Below, one piece after another: positions 1 through 9,800 of a DNA stretch of 50,254 nucleotides. Every line of letters starts with the position of its first letter. The stretch's first letter is position 1. The DNA is from Pricia sp. (lineage in GTDB: Bacteria; Bacteroidota; Bacteroidia; Flavobacteriales; Flavobacteriaceae), in assembly GCA_024635875.1 (NCBI GenBank), contig JAGXIC010000136.1, positions 1 through 50,254 of the forward strand, read 5' to 3'. Made by a program: the position numbers and the translations under genes. The notes beneath the pieces are model-generated. The model made no database searches, was not told where the DNA came from, and saw nothing but the letters and a program-made list of their open reading frames with translations.

Positions 1-13
1 CGCTTACATCCTT

Positions 14-2218
14 TCAAACCCTAGTAACCTTATCGATTCCATGTATTTTCTTTAGATTGGAAATCACCTTTTTGAGGATGCCATTATTTTTTACCACTAC
101 GGTGATATTACCGGTGAAAGTGCCGCCATCGGTACTGAAATTAAGGTTTCTCATGTTTACGTGCATCTCGTCGGAGATGATTTGGGTAATGTCGTTTATC
201 AAACCCAGATTGTCGATGCCCGTAAGCTGTATTTCGGATTGGAATTCTTGTTGGGTCGAATCTATCCATTTGGCGATGATGATACGATACGCGTAGTTCG
301 ACTGCAATTGTATCGCGTTCGGACAGTTTTTTTTATGCACTTTTATGCCATCGTTGACACTGACGAATCCGAATACGGGATCTCCGGGAATAGGGTTGCA
401 GCATTGTGATAGTTTGTAGTCCAGTTTTTCTTCCTCCTGTCCAAAAACGAGCATATCGTATTTTGAGGTAATCTCGTCCTTATCGACATCTTGTGGTGCC
501 GGGGTACGCCGTATCTTGTTCTTGAAAAAGCTGATGAACGCATTGTTGTAAGACGACGCAAAGTCTTTGAGCATCTGATTGTCGATCGAACCGTTACCGA
601 CTCTATAGAAAAGATCTAGACTGGTCTTAAGCTTAAAGAAAACCACCATTTTGTTGACGGAATCTTCGTTTAGGGTGATTTTTTGGGATTTCAACTTTCT
701 GCGGAGGATTTCCTTGCCATCTTCCGCTGTCGATTTTTTCTCTTCCCGTAAAGAAGATTTGATTTTCGCCCTGGCCTTGGCGGTGGTGGCATAATCCAGC
801 CAGTTTTGGTTGGGTTTTGCCTGTTCAGAAGTAATGATCTCGACTTGATCTCCACTGTTCAAAGTTGTGTTCAGCGGTACAAGTTTACCGTTTACTTTGG
901 CCCCACGGGTGCGCATGCCCACTTCGGTGTGTATGTTAAATGCAAAATCTAAAGGGGTCGATCCTTTGGGAAGGGACTTTAAATCACCTTGGGGAGTGAA
1001 TACGAAAATTTCTTTGGAGTAGAGGTTCAGTTTAAATTCCTCTACGAAATCTACCGCGTTCGTATTGGCGTTTTCCAGCGCTTCTTGCAAACGGTTCAGC
1101 CAGACCTCGATGCCCATTTCCTTTTGGGCGCCATGTTTATACTTGAAGTGTGCCGCATAGCCCTTTTCAGCGATTTCGTGCATACGTTCACTACGGATTT
1201 GCACCTCTACCCATCGGCCTTTCGGCCCCATGACCGTAATGTGCAAAGCCTCATACCCTGTAGACTTGGGCGAAGATATCCAATCGCGAAGGCGTACGGG
1301 GTTGGGCGTAAAATGATCGGTTACGATGGAATAGATTTTCCAGGCCAAAAATTTCTCGTTCTGGCGGTCGGACTTGTAAATAATGCGAATGGCGAACTTA
1401 TCGTAGATTTCATTAAAGGAAACATTTTGCGCCTTCATTTTCCTGCGGATGGAGAAAATCGACTTCATCCTGCCTTTGATAATGTAATCGAGACTTTCCT
1501 CTTTCAACGATTTATCGATAGTGGCTGAAAATGCGTCGATATACGCCTGTTGCTCTTCCTTCGAATCCTCAATTTTACCTTTAATGTCCCGGTATACCCT
1601 AGGTTCCGTGTATTTCAGGCTTAGGTCTTCCAATTCGGTCTTGATGTTGTAGAGTCCGATTCGGTGGGCCAGGGGCGCATAGATATACAGAGTTTCAGAG
1701 GCCATCTGTACCTGTTTGTGCTCGGGCATAGCATCCATAGTGAGCATATTGTGGTACCTGTCGGCAATTTTGATGATAATAACGCGGACATCGTCGTTCA
1801 GGGTAAGCAGCATTTTCCGAAAGTTCTCGGCCTGCTGCGAGGTGCTCATATCTTTTTTAAGATGCGCTATTTTTGTGAGTCCGTCTACGATCCGTGCCAC
1901 GGTCTCCCCGAACATGCGCTCAATATCGTCTAGGGTATATTCGGTATCCTCTACCACATCATGCAATAGGGCAGAGGCTATCGAGGTAGCGTCAAGACCG
2001 ATTTCGGAGGCCACGATCTTGGCCACCGCGATCGGATGGAATACGTAGGCCTCCCCTGATTTTCGGCGCTGATCTTTATGCCCGTCAACCGCCACTTCAA
2101 ACGCGGCCCGTATCAACTTTTTGTCGTCGTTGGACAAATACTGATAGCTGATACGAAGCAACTCTTTGTATTGCTTGGCAATCTGTTTATTTTCTACTTC
2201 AAGCGCGGCCTGTGTCAT
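14..2218 (-). CDS. rel: Bifunctional (p)ppGpp synthetase/hydrolase, RelA/SpoT family
   Basis: HD hydrolase motif LLHDVVED, synthetase region (GYEALH...EVQIRS...HEIAEKGYAAH), TGS domain (VFTPQG...DFAFNIHT), CCNPIPGD zinc region and C-terminal ACT. Confidence 0.96.
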   Translation of the reverse strand: MTQAALEVENKQIAKQYKELLRISYQYLSNDDKKLIRAAFEVAVDGHKDQRRKSGEAYVFHPIAVAKIVASEIGLDATSIASALLHDVVEDTEYTLDDIERMFGETVARIVDGLTKIAHLKKDMSTSQQAENFRKMLLTLNDDVRVIIIKIADRYHNMLTMDAMPEHKQVQMASETLYIYAPLAHRIGLYNIKTELEDLSLKYTEPRVYRDIKGKIEDSKEEQQAYIDAFSATIDKSLKEESLDYIIKGRMKSIFSIRRKMKAQNVSFNEIYDKFAIRIIYKSDRQNEKFLAWKIYSIVTDHFTPNPVRLRDWISSPKSTGYEALHITVMGPKGRWVEVQIRSERMHEIAEKGYAAHFKYKHGAQKEMGIEVWLNRLQEALENANTNAVDFVEEFKLNLYSKEIFVFTPQGDLKSLPKGSTPLDFAFNIHTEVGMRTRGAKVNGKLVPLNTTLNSGDQVEIITSEQAKPNQNWLDYATTAKARAKIKSSLREEKKSTAEDGKEILRRKLKSQKITLNEDSVNKMVVFFKLKTSLDLFYRVGNGSIDNQMLKDFASSYNNAFISFFKNKIRRTPAPQDVDKDEITSKYDMLVFGQEEEKLDYKLSQCCNPIPGDPVFGFVSVNDGIKVHKKNCPNAIQLQSNYAYRIIIAKWIDSTQQEFQSEIQLTGIDNLGLINDITQIISDEMHVNMRNLNFSTDGGTFTGNITVVVKNNGILKKVISNLKKIHGIDKVTRV

Positions 2219-2282
2219 TTTCGGGAGTTCTGTATCTAAAATACCATAATCTTAATTGATGTACAACAAAAAGTATGCCTGT

Positions 2283-2312
2283 CCCCTCCCTAGCCCTTCC
2301 CGAGGGGGAAGG
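2283..2312. repeat. REP-like GC-rich palindrome
   Basis: CCCCTCCCTAGCCCTTCCCGAGGGGGAAGG with stem CCTTCC/GGAAGG. It resembles the element at 8664-8709. Confidence 0.45.
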
Positions 2313-2417
2313 AACTCGATATAATTATCTTTGATTTTACGATATACGAGGCTTCGTCGCTGTATCGTTACTTTCTGTTAATCCTGCAAGTTTAAAGTTT
2401 GGATTTTTGTTAGTCCT

Positions 2418-2463
2418 CTAAACTCCTAAACTCCTAAACTCCTAACCTTATAAACAACTAAAC
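2418..2463 (+). repeat. 8-bp tandem array (CTAAACTC)n
   Basis: Three perfect CTAAACTC units at 2418-2441, then degenerate CTAACCTT, ATAAACAA and CTAAAC. Confidence 0.85.
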
Positions 2464-2469
2464 TTTTTT

Positions 2470-2517
2470 TAACCTCAAATCTTAAAACAGCTACAAAGCA
2501 GCGATTGAACTTTAAAC
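2470..2517 (+). repeat. TTRAAC-framed mini-hairpin element
   Basis: GCTAC-AAA-GCAGC (2490-2502) followed by TTGAACTTTAAAC. Same layout as 20365-20392 and 40780-40806. Confidence 0.6.
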
Positions 2518-2543
2518 CACAAGGCCTATTAAGTTGAAATTAC

Positions 2544-3773
2544 CTAAGTGGTTCTAAGATTCCGTATCCTAGCGATCAGCGGCGGGTGCGAATAGTGCAT
2601 GAATACATAAGCGGGATGTGGGGTAAGATTGCTAAGACTATTTTTGGAAAGTTTTTTCAGGGATGTAATTAAAGGGGATGCCGCATAGGTTTTCTTGGCA
2701 TAATCATCGGCTTGATACTCGAATTTTCGGGAAAGGTGGTTCATGATGAGTCCAGTTACCTCGGAAATGGGACTGTACAAAATACCGAAACCGATCAATG
2801 CGGCATGAAAACTAGGCTGTGAAACACCTATGGCAAGAGATACTTGGGGATTATTGATAAAGAGGGATAATAGAAAAAGGGTAAGTCCCGTCAATAGGAT
2901 GGACGCTGCAAGGTTGAAAACGATGTGCTTCCTCTTGTAATGCCCTACCTCATGGGCGAGTACGGCCACGATTTCCTCTTCTTCCAAATCATTGATTAGG
3001 GTGTCGTAGAGGGTTATTCTTTTCTCCTTACCAAATCCGGAAAAATAGGCGTTGGCCTTGGTAGAGCGCTTTGAACCATCGATAACAAAAATATTTTGGA
3101 GCTCAAAGCCAACGTTTTCGGCGTAGTTCTCAATTTTTGTTTTAAGGCCGCCTTCCTCCAAGGGGGTCAGTTTGTTGAAGAGGGGTACGATCAATTTGCT
3201 ATAGAAAAGGTTCATAAATAAGCTGAAGACGGCAACGAGCGCCCAGGCATAGATCCAAAAGTTGCTGCCGGACCACTCGAAAAACCAAATGATCAAGGCC
3301 AATAACCCGCCCCCGACAACTGCCATCATGCCCCATCCTTTTAATTTGTCCATAATGAACGTGCCTCTCGTGGTTTTGTTGAATCCGAATTTTTCCTCAA
3401 TGACGAAAGTGGAATAATAGGAAAAAGGCAGGGTAACGATATCGCTACCGATCATGATGATTGCGAAAAACATTAAGGCCATGAGAATCGGGTTGTCGGT
3501 AATGCTCCGCGCCATTTGGTCTACCCACTCGAAACCTCCGAAAATCAGAAATCCCAAAGTGAGAAGTAACGAGAAGGTCGAGGTCAGGAGTCCGAATCGA
3601 TAGTTGGTCTTCTTGTAGGACTGGGATTTTTTATACTCCTCCGCATTAAAAACATCGTTCAGTTCGTCCGGTACAGGATGGCCGTAACGTTTCGCGTTGA
3701 GAAAATCAAGTACCGTTTCAATAACGAATTGTAGTATCAGGATTATAACTATGCTGTAGAAAAGAATATTCAA
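2544..3773 (-). CDS. M48 family membrane zinc metallopeptidase (Ste24/CAAX protease-like)
   Basis: Multiple TM segments, DGSKRSTKANAYFSG, HEVGH (HExxH), SRKFEYQAD, SHPPL. TTG start. Confidence 0.93.
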   Translation of the reverse strand: MNILFYSIVIILILQFVIETVLDFLNAKRYGHPVPDELNDVFNAEEYKKSQSYKKTNYRFGLLTSTFSLLLTLGFLIFGGFEWVDQMARSITDNPILMALMFFAIIMIGSDIVTLPFSYYSTFVIEEKFGFNKTTRGTFIMDKLKGWGMMAVVGGGLLALIIWFFEWSGSNFWIYAWALVAVFSLFMNLFYSKLIVPLFNKLTPLEEGGLKTKIENYAENVGFELQNIFVIDGSKRSTKANAYFSGFGKEKRITLYDTLINDLEEEEIVAVLAHEVGHYKRKHIVFNLAASILLTGLTLFLLSLFINNPQVSLAIGVSQPSFHAALIGFGILYSPISEVTGLIMNHLSRKFEYQADDYAKKTYAASPLITSLKKLSKNSLSNLTPHPAYVFMHYSHPPLIARIRNLRTT

Positions 3774-3782
3774 GGGTGAAAA

Positions 3783-3814
3783 AAGTTTATGAGTTTAGAA
3801 GTTTATGAGTTTAG
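3783..3814 (+). repeat. 8-bp array (RAGTTTAK)n, perfect 16-bp duplication
   Basis: AAGTTTATGAGTTTAG x2, the reverse complement of the CTAAACTC unit at 2418. Confidence 0.8.
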
Positions 3815-3859
3815 AAAAAGTAATATTTACTATTTACTACCGGCAACCGCAACTGCCAA

Positions 3860-4672
3860 CTAAAAAAATCCCCGCTGCCGTTTCGCCTCAAAGATAAGAA
3901 TCGCCGCGGATACGGAAACGTTCAAGGAATCTATTTCGCCTGCCATGGGTATGATGATATTTTGTCCGGATGAATCAAGCCATTCTTGGGAGAGTCCGGT
4001 TGCCTCGGTACCTACGACTATCGCTGAAGCCCTTTTGAAATCGACTTCCGTATAGTTCCTCGAAGCCGTAAGGGCGGCGCAATAGCAGTGAATGTTTTTT
4101 TCTTTCAAATACGATATGATTTCAGAGGTACTTCCTATGGCGATGTTGTTCGTAAAAACACAGCCCACACTCGATCGTATGATATTCGGGTTGTACAAGT
4201 CGGACTTTGGATTGGCGATAATAACCGCATCCAGCCCGGCGGCATCGGCGGTACGGAGCAAGGCTCCCATATTTCCGGGCTTTTCGGGGGCTTCCGCAAT
4301 CAAAATCAATGGGTTTCTAGAGGGAAGGTCGAGTTCATTCAAAGCATGGGGTTTGCTATGCGCCAATGCCACTAGGCCTTCCGTGGTCTTCCGGTAGGCC
4401 AGTTTGGCGTATACTTCCTTGGTTATGGCTATAATATCGGGTTGTGGCACCGAGACATCCAACATTTCAAGAAGGGTATCCACGGCAATCAAATCCTCTT
4501 GAAACAAAACGGTATCTAAGTTATATTTTCCTTTGATGGCGAGTTGTATTTCCCGCAATCCCTCTAAAACAAAAAGTCCCGATTTCTTGCGTTCCCTTGA
4601 TTTATCCTGTAAAGCGGCTATTTTTTTGATCAAAGGGTTTTGCAGACTGCTGATTTGTTTACTTTCGTACAT
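3860..4672 (-). CDS. TrmH/SpoU family RNA 2'-O-methyltransferase
   Basis: PGNMGALLRTADAAG, GTEATGLS, IPMAGEIDSLNVSVSAAI. Start moved to ATG 4672 because a TACTTTTG promoter element lies at 4677-4684. Confidence 0.93.
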   Translation of the reverse strand: MYESKQISSLQNPLIKKIAALQDKSRERKKSGLFVLEGLREIQLAIKGKYNLDTVLFQEDLIAVDTLLEMLDVSVPQPDIIAITKEVYAKLAYRKTTEGLVALAHSKPHALNELDLPSRNPLILIAEAPEKPGNMGALLRTADAAGLDAVIIANPKSDLYNPNIIRSSVGCVFTNNIAIGSTSEIISYLKEKNIHCYCAALTASRNYTEVDFKRASAIVVGTEATGLSQEWLDSSGQNIIIPMAGEIDSLNVSVSAAILIFEAKRQRGFF

Positions 4673-4676
4673 ACGG

Positions 4677-4684
4677 CAAAAGTA
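4677..4684 (-). promoter_or_regulatory. Bacteroidota sigma-A -7 element (TAnnTTTG)
   Basis: TACTTTTG on the minus strand, 4 nt upstream of the TrmH ATG. Confidence 0.65.
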
Positions 4685-4735
4685 ATTAAAAGGGGAGTAT
4701 CGGATCAATGTATTGAAACCTAAAAATCGAAAAGT

Positions 4736-5530
4736 ATGATACGAATAATGATGGCCATGGTACTTTTGGGCATTACAAGTTGTAAGGAAGCGCCCAAGGA
4801 AACTATATCAAAATCCGAAGAAGGAAAAGTGGAAATTGAGACCCCTAAAAAGGAATATCCCGAAGCCTTGACCCAGGTTTTCGATGCCCATGGCGGACTC
4901 GATAACTGGAAGAAAAAACGCACCTTGAGCTTTACGATTCCCAAACCTGATGCCGCTGAAATCCACACTATAGACCTCCTTGATAGAAGGGATAAGATAG
5001 AAATGCCGACAACGACCATGGGATTCGACGGCGATGACATATGGTTGCTCGACCCGAATAATTCCTATGAAGGTAATCCGGCGGTATACCACAACCTGAT
5101 GTTCTATTTTTATGCGATGCCTTTTGTACTGGCCGACAACGGTATCAATTACAAAGAAGCCGAAGCCTTGGAATTTGAGGGAAAATCCTACCCCGGTATC
5201 CATATAAGTTTTGATGCGGGCATCGGTGCCTCGCCCAAAGATGACTATTATTTGTATTATGACCCGGAAACCTATCAAATGGTATGGTTGGGCTATACCT
5301 TTACGTTTGGAAGTGATGAAAAATCGGACGATGTGAGCTATATCCGCTATGCCGATTGGATGAAACTTGGCGTTGTGATGCTGCCAAAAATCTTGACCTG
5401 GTATACGAGCGAGGGCAATGCTATCAAACAAGCTAAAGACCCGTTGCCATTTGAAAACGTGTCGCTGAACGAGGTAACCAAGCCCGATGATTTTTATCAA
5501 ATGCCGGAGATCGCCAAGGTGGTAAAATAG
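4736..5530 (+). CDS. Lipoprotein of unknown function (DUF6503-like)
   Basis: Lipobox ITSC, AHGGLDNW motif, YFYAMPFVLAD. Confidence 0.75.
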   Translation: MIRIMMAMVLLGITSCKEAPKETISKSEEGKVEIETPKKEYPEALTQVFDAHGGLDNWKKKRTLSFTIPKPDAAEIHTIDLLDRRDKIEMPTTTMGFDGDDIWLLDPNNSYEGNPAVYHNLMFYFYAMPFVLADNGINYKEAEALEFEGKSYPGIHISFDAGIGASPKDDYYLYYDPETYQMVWLGYTFTFGSDEKSDDVSYIRYADWMKLGVVMLPKILTWYTSEGNAIKQAKDPLPFENVSLNEVTKPDDFYQMPEIAKVVK

Positions 5531-5665
5531 CTATGCGCTTATCGCTGAAAGCCATACGCCATAGTTAGAAAACAGAATGTTCTATCTATGGAGTATCTTA
5601 TTTATTTGCGTAACTTGTATCTTTACAGAGTAAATATCATAAATTAGGAATCAGGAGGTAGAAAA

Positions 5666-5908
5666 ATGGAAATATTGTTATTCGGAATTGCCAAGGATAT
5701 TGTGGGTAAAAGCTCTTTTCGTTTTGACGCAGATGATCTGGTGCCTACTTCTGTGTCAGAACTGAAGGATAGATTAAAGGGAAGTTTCCCCGAATTCGGG
5801 AAACTCTCTTCTTTAGCGGTGGCTGTAAACAGTGCGTATGCCGAGGATAGTGATCGCTTAAGGGAAGGTGACGAGATAGCCATAATACCACCCGTAAGTG
5901 GAGGCTAA
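5666..5908 (+). CDS. moaD: Molybdopterin synthase sulfur carrier subunit
   Basis: 80 aa ubiquitin-like, AVAVN...GDEIAIIPPVSGG with C-terminal GG. First gene of the moa cluster. Confidence 0.95.
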   Translation: MEILLFGIAKDIVGKSSFRFDADDLVPTSVSELKDRLKGSFPEFGKLSSLAVAVNSAYAEDSDRLREGDEIAIIPPVSGG

Positions 5909-5921
5909 GAAACGGTAGCTG

Positions 5922-6344
5922 ATGAAAGGAAATATGAGTATAGAGATTGTTGATGTTATCGATACCTCCACGGTATTCGCCGAACTCTCGCACCCCCACA
6001 GCGGTGGTATCTGTGTTTTTTTAGGGGCAGTTCGTGAATTTACGGATAATGAGGAAGTCCTGTCGTTGGAATTCGAAACGTATAAAATCATGGCGCTCAA
6101 GGAAATGAAGAAAATTGCAGTTGAGGCTTCCGAAAAATGGAAGTTGAACAAGGTAATCATACGTCATGCGGTAGGAGCTAAGAACGTCGAAGAACCCGTG
6201 GTCATCGTAGGCGCTTCCTCCGCACATCGGGAGGCTTGTTTTATAGCTTGCCGGTATCTGATCGATACCTTAAAAGAACGTGTGCCGATTTGGAAAAAGG
6301 AAATTTTCAAGAACAAGTCGGTCTGGGTTTCGGCGCATCCTTAA
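5922..6344 (+). CDS. moaE: Molybdopterin synthase catalytic subunit
   Basis: GGICVFLGAVR, SSAHREACF, IDTLKERVPIWKKE. Confidence 0.95.
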   Translation: MKGNMSIEIVDVIDTSTVFAELSHPHSGGICVFLGAVREFTDNEEVLSLEFETYKIMALKEMKKIAVEASEKWKLNKVIIRHAVGAKNVEEPVVIVGASSAHREACFIACRYLIDTLKERVPIWKKEIFKNKSVWVSAHP

Positions 6345-6463
6345 AAAAAAGTGCGAAATATGAAGTTAATCAATAAACGTCAAAATATACTGTTGGCAGG
6401 CTTGTTAAAGTATGAATCGATACGCTTTTTGATTTTGAAGTAGAATTTGAATCTGAATTCAGC

Positions 6464-7447
6464 ATGTTAGTAGACAATCACAATAGAAAAATAGACTACC
6501 TGAGATTGGCCGTTACAGACCGTTGCAACTTGCGGTGCAACTATTGTATGCCTGCCGAAGGCATAAATTTTGCCAAAAACGACAAGTTGTTTACCATTGA
6601 CGAACTTTCCCGTTTGAGCGAAATCTTAGTTTCACAGGGCATCGATAAAATCCGGATTACCGGTGGCGAGCCTTTCGTCCGTAAAGATCTCATGGTCTTG
6701 ATGCGCCGGCTTTCGAAAATGGAGGGTCTTAAAGAGATATCGATTACCACCAATGCCACGACTATCGGTAAGTATATCGACGAACTCAAAGCATTGGGTA
6801 TCCTGAATATTAACGTCAGTATGGATGCCATTAATCGGGAAACTTTTGAAAAGATTACGCGTAGGGATCACTACGATACCGTTCATAATAACATCATCCG
6901 TTTAGTAACTGAAGGTTTTAACGTTCGCATTAACTTTATTGCCCTCGATGGACAAAACACGGACGATATTCTGCCGATGTTGGAACTGACGAAGCATTAC
7001 GACGTATCCGTTCGTTTTTTGGAGGAGATGCCCTTTAACGGTGGCAGCAAAAATTTTGATAGTATTGTATGGGATTACAGAAGGATATTGGAATATATAA
7101 AGGAAGCCCATCCGGAGTACTATAAATTGGAATCTCCCAAAACATCGACCTCCGTCAATTATAAGATTCCCGGTTTTAAAGGTAGTTTCGGAGTAATTCC
7201 CTCTTTCAGCCGCACATTCTGCGGCAGCTGCAACCGGCTACGCATAACAGCGACCGGTGATGTCATCACTTGTCTATATGCCAAGCCCAGTATGAACATT
7301 CGGGATATATTGCGGAGTGAAAATTCCGAAGAAAAGGTAAAGGCGCAGATTTTGAGGGCTATCGGAAGCCGATCCAAAACCGGTTTCGAGGCACAGGAAA
7401 AGTATAAGGGGGTTTTTGATAATTCGATGACCTCGATTGGAGGCTGA
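6464..7447 (+). CDS. moaA: GTP 3',8-cyclase (radical SAM)
   Basis: CNLRCNYC, RITGGEP, FCGSCNRLR...C, C-terminal SIGG. Confidence 0.97.
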   Translation: MLVDNHNRKIDYLRLAVTDRCNLRCNYCMPAEGINFAKNDKLFTIDELSRLSEILVSQGIDKIRITGGEPFVRKDLMVLMRRLSKMEGLKEISITTNATTIGKYIDELKALGILNINVSMDAINRETFEKITRRDHYDTVHNNIIRLVTEGFNVRINFIALDGQNTDDILPMLELTKHYDVSVRFLEEMPFNGGSKNFDSIVWDYRRILEYIKEAHPEYYKLESPKTSTSVNYKIPGFKGSFGVIPSFSRTFCGSCNRLRITATGDVITCLYAKPSMNIRDILRSENSEEKVKAQILRAIGSRSKTGFEAQEKYKGVFDNSMTSIGG

Positions 7448-7550
7448 GAATGGAGACTGGATGTAACAAAAAAACAAAATCGGAAACCAGCCTAGCGGTT
7501 GGCAGGAACAAAGGTCGAAATCGAAGAGACATTTGTAGAACAACCTAAAA

Positions 7551-8030
7551 TTGCTTGTGAAAGAAAAACTCTCGCACATCGACGAATCCGGAAACGCTAC
7601 CATGGTCGACGTTTCCAATAAAACGGCCACATCCCGCAGTGCAACCGCTTCCGGACGGGTCGAATTTCCCGCCGAGGTATTCAAAACCCTAGCGGACCAA
7701 GATTTTCTGGGCAAAAAGGGAAGCATCATCCAAACAGCTGTGATAGCGGGTATTCAAGCGGTCAAAAAGGCTGCGGAGCTGATTCCCCTTTGCCATCAAA
7801 TCAATTTGTCGAAGGTGCAGATCGATATCCATCCGAAGAAAAACACTTTAGAAATCCGCTGTACGGTAAAATGCAGCGAAAAGACCGGTGTTGAGATGGA
7901 GGCATTAACGGGGGTGTCGGTCAGTGCATTGACCATTTACGATATGTGCAAGGCCCTATCCCACGACATAAAGATTACGGCTATACAATTGGAACAGAAA
8001 ACAGGAGGAAAACATGATTATAGGTCCTAA
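7551..8030 (+). CDS. moaC: Cyclic pyranopterin monophosphate synthase
   Basis: MVDVSNK, LIPLCH, TGVEMEALT, IYDMCKA, KTGGK. Start may be GTG 7557. Confidence 0.96.
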   Translation: MLVKEKLSHIDESGNATMVDVSNKTATSRSATASGRVEFPAEVFKTLADQDFLGKKGSIIQTAVIAGIQAVKKAAELIPLCHQINLSKVQIDIHPKKNTLEIRCTVKCSEKTGVEMEALTGVSVSALTIYDMCKALSHDIKITAIQLEQKTGGKHDYRS

Positions 8031-8610
8031 AATATACGGTTTGGTGCTCGCCGGAGGAAAAAGCAGCCGGATGGGAAAAGATAAAGGGATGATTCCCTAT
8101 CATGGTATGCCGCAACGCGAATTTTTATATCATTTGGTGAGTCGTGTCTGCGATGAAACGTTCGTCAGTATCCGGCGCGATCAAAAAGCGGATTTTCCCG
8201 AAGACATGCAGTCTATCGTGGATGATGATACCTATAAAGGACCATATAATGGCATGCTATCCGCCCACAATAAATTTCCTGAAGTAGCTTGGCTGGTGAT
8301 CGCCTGTGATCTACCCTTAATCGATTTGGCATCGTTGCAAGAATTGATAGCGGCCCGCGACCCGAATGTTATGGCGACCACATTCGCCCAAAAGGAAGAC
8401 CCGCTGCCCGAACCCCTATGCGCCGTTTGGGAGCCCCATGCGTTTGAAAGTTCCAAAACCTATTTGGAAACCGGAAACGGAACCTGTCCCCGGAAGTTCT
8501 TGATCAACAACGAAACGAAATTGGTTATTCCGAGTAAAGCGAACGTTTTGCTGAACGCTAATTCGGAAGAGGAGTATAAGGAGGCGATTGTGAGATTGCG
8601 TATTGAGTGA
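8014..8610 (+). CDS. mobA: Molybdenum cofactor guanylyltransferase
   Basis: LAGGKSSRMGKDK, GPYNG, ACDLP, EPLCAVW. Overlaps moaC. Confidence 0.9.
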   Translation: MIIGPKIYGLVLAGGKSSRMGKDKGMIPYHGMPQREFLYHLVSRVCDETFVSIRRDQKADFPEDMQSIVDDDTYKGPYNGMLSAHNKFPEVAWLVIACDLPLIDLASLQELIAARDPNVMATTFAQKEDPLPEPLCAVWEPHAFESSKTYLETGNGTCPRKFLINNETKLVIPSKANVLLNANSEEEYKEAIVRLRIE

Positions 8611-8663
8611 AAGATTATGAATTTCAAAGAGTTATATGGCCCCCCCTTTTTAATACAACTAAT

Positions 8664-8709
8664 CCCTCCGTCCGCAAGCGGACACCTCCCTTTTTTTCAA
8701 AGGGAGGAG
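8664..8709. repeat. REP-like double hairpin
   Basis: GTCCGC-AA-GCGGAC, then CCTCCCTTT-TTTC-AAAGGGAGG, between mobA and moeB. Confidence 0.7.
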
Positions 8710-8720
8710 CTTAAAAAAAT

Positions 8721-9800
8721 ATGGGTATGAACCTCGAACGGTACAACAGACAGACCATATTAAAAGATTTTGGCTTTGAAGCCCAGAAAAAGCTACAAGG
8801 GTCAAAAGTGTTGGTGGTGGGTGCCGGAGGTCTTGGTGTTCCAGTCCTAATGTACTTGAATGCCATGGGCGTTGGCAGGATTGGTATCGTAGATAACGAT
8901 GTTGTTTCCCTGTCGAACCTGCACCGCCAAGTGCTGTATTCTGAAGGAGATGTCGGCCGATCGAAGGTAATGGTTGCCATTGAAAAATTAGAGGTCCAAA
9001 ATACCGAAACAATGCTTACCGCCTACGAGACGTTTTTGAACAACGAAAATGCGTTACGGATGATTTCAGATTATGATGTTGTCGTAGATGCCTCCGATAA
9101 TTTCCCCACCCGATATTTGATCAACGACGCCTGTGTCATCTTAAAAAAGCCTTTCGTGTATGGCGCCTTACACGGATTTGAGGGTCAATTAAGCGTATTT
9201 AATCACAATGGCGGACCTACCTATCGTTGTCTTTTTCCGAATATGCCAAAATCCGATGAGGTGCCCGATTGCAATGAAAATGGCGTATTGGGAATACTCC
9301 CAGGAATCATTGGAAATCTTCAGGCCCTTGAAACAGTGAAGTTGTTGACAGGAGTGGGAGAGGTGGTATCGGGCAAACTTCTGATTTTCGAAGCGCTTTC
9401 GAATGCTTTTCAAAAAATAAGCTTTACAGTCAAGCCCGAAAATCTAGAACTCCATACGCTACGTCCCAGCTACGATTTTAAATGTGCCGCCGATTTTCAT
9501 AGTGTGGAAGCAGAAGCCTTCCTAGCTATCATCGAAAACAATAGACCGCAACTCATCGATGTAAGAACGCCCAAGGAGTTTGACCGAAATCATTTAGAAT
9601 TGGCAATGAATATTCCCTTGTCCGAGTTGGATATCCGACAAAGCGAAATCAACTTTAATCAAAAAGTATATGTCGTTTGCCAATCTGGCATTCGCAGCAG
9701 AAAGGCTATCGAGCGGCTTCTTAATTCGCATTCCTATGCCCATTTCATCAATCTTTCCGGCGGAATGAACCAGATACAGAAACATGGGGTTACCTATTGA
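8721..9800 (+). CDS. moeB: Molybdopterin synthase adenylyltransferase with C-terminal rhodanese domain
   Basis: GAGGLG, SNLHRQ, DASDNFPTRY, CNENGVLG, rhodanese IDVR...CQSGIRS. Confidence 0.93.
   Translation: MGMNLERYNRQTILKDFGFEAQKKLQGSKVLVVGAGGLGVPVLMYLNAMGVGRIGIVDNDVVSLSNLHRQVLYSEGDVGRSKVMVAIEKLEVQNTETMLTAYETFLNNENALRMISDYDVVVDASDNFPTRYLINDACVILKKPFVYGALHGFEGQLSVFNHNGGPTYRCLFPNMPKSDEVPDCNENGVLGILPGIIGNLQALETVKLLTGVGEVVSGKLLIFEALSNAFQKISFTVKPENLELHTLRPSYDFKCAADFHSVEAEAFLAIIENNRPQLIDVRTPKEFDRNHLELAMNIPLSELDIRQSEINFNQKVYVVCQSGIRSRKAIERLLNSHSYAHFINLSGGMNQIQKHGVTY

Noticed and set aside
5531-5665. Moco riboswitch upstream of moaD
   Set aside because: The spacer is short and A/T-rich with no recognisable multi-stem structure.
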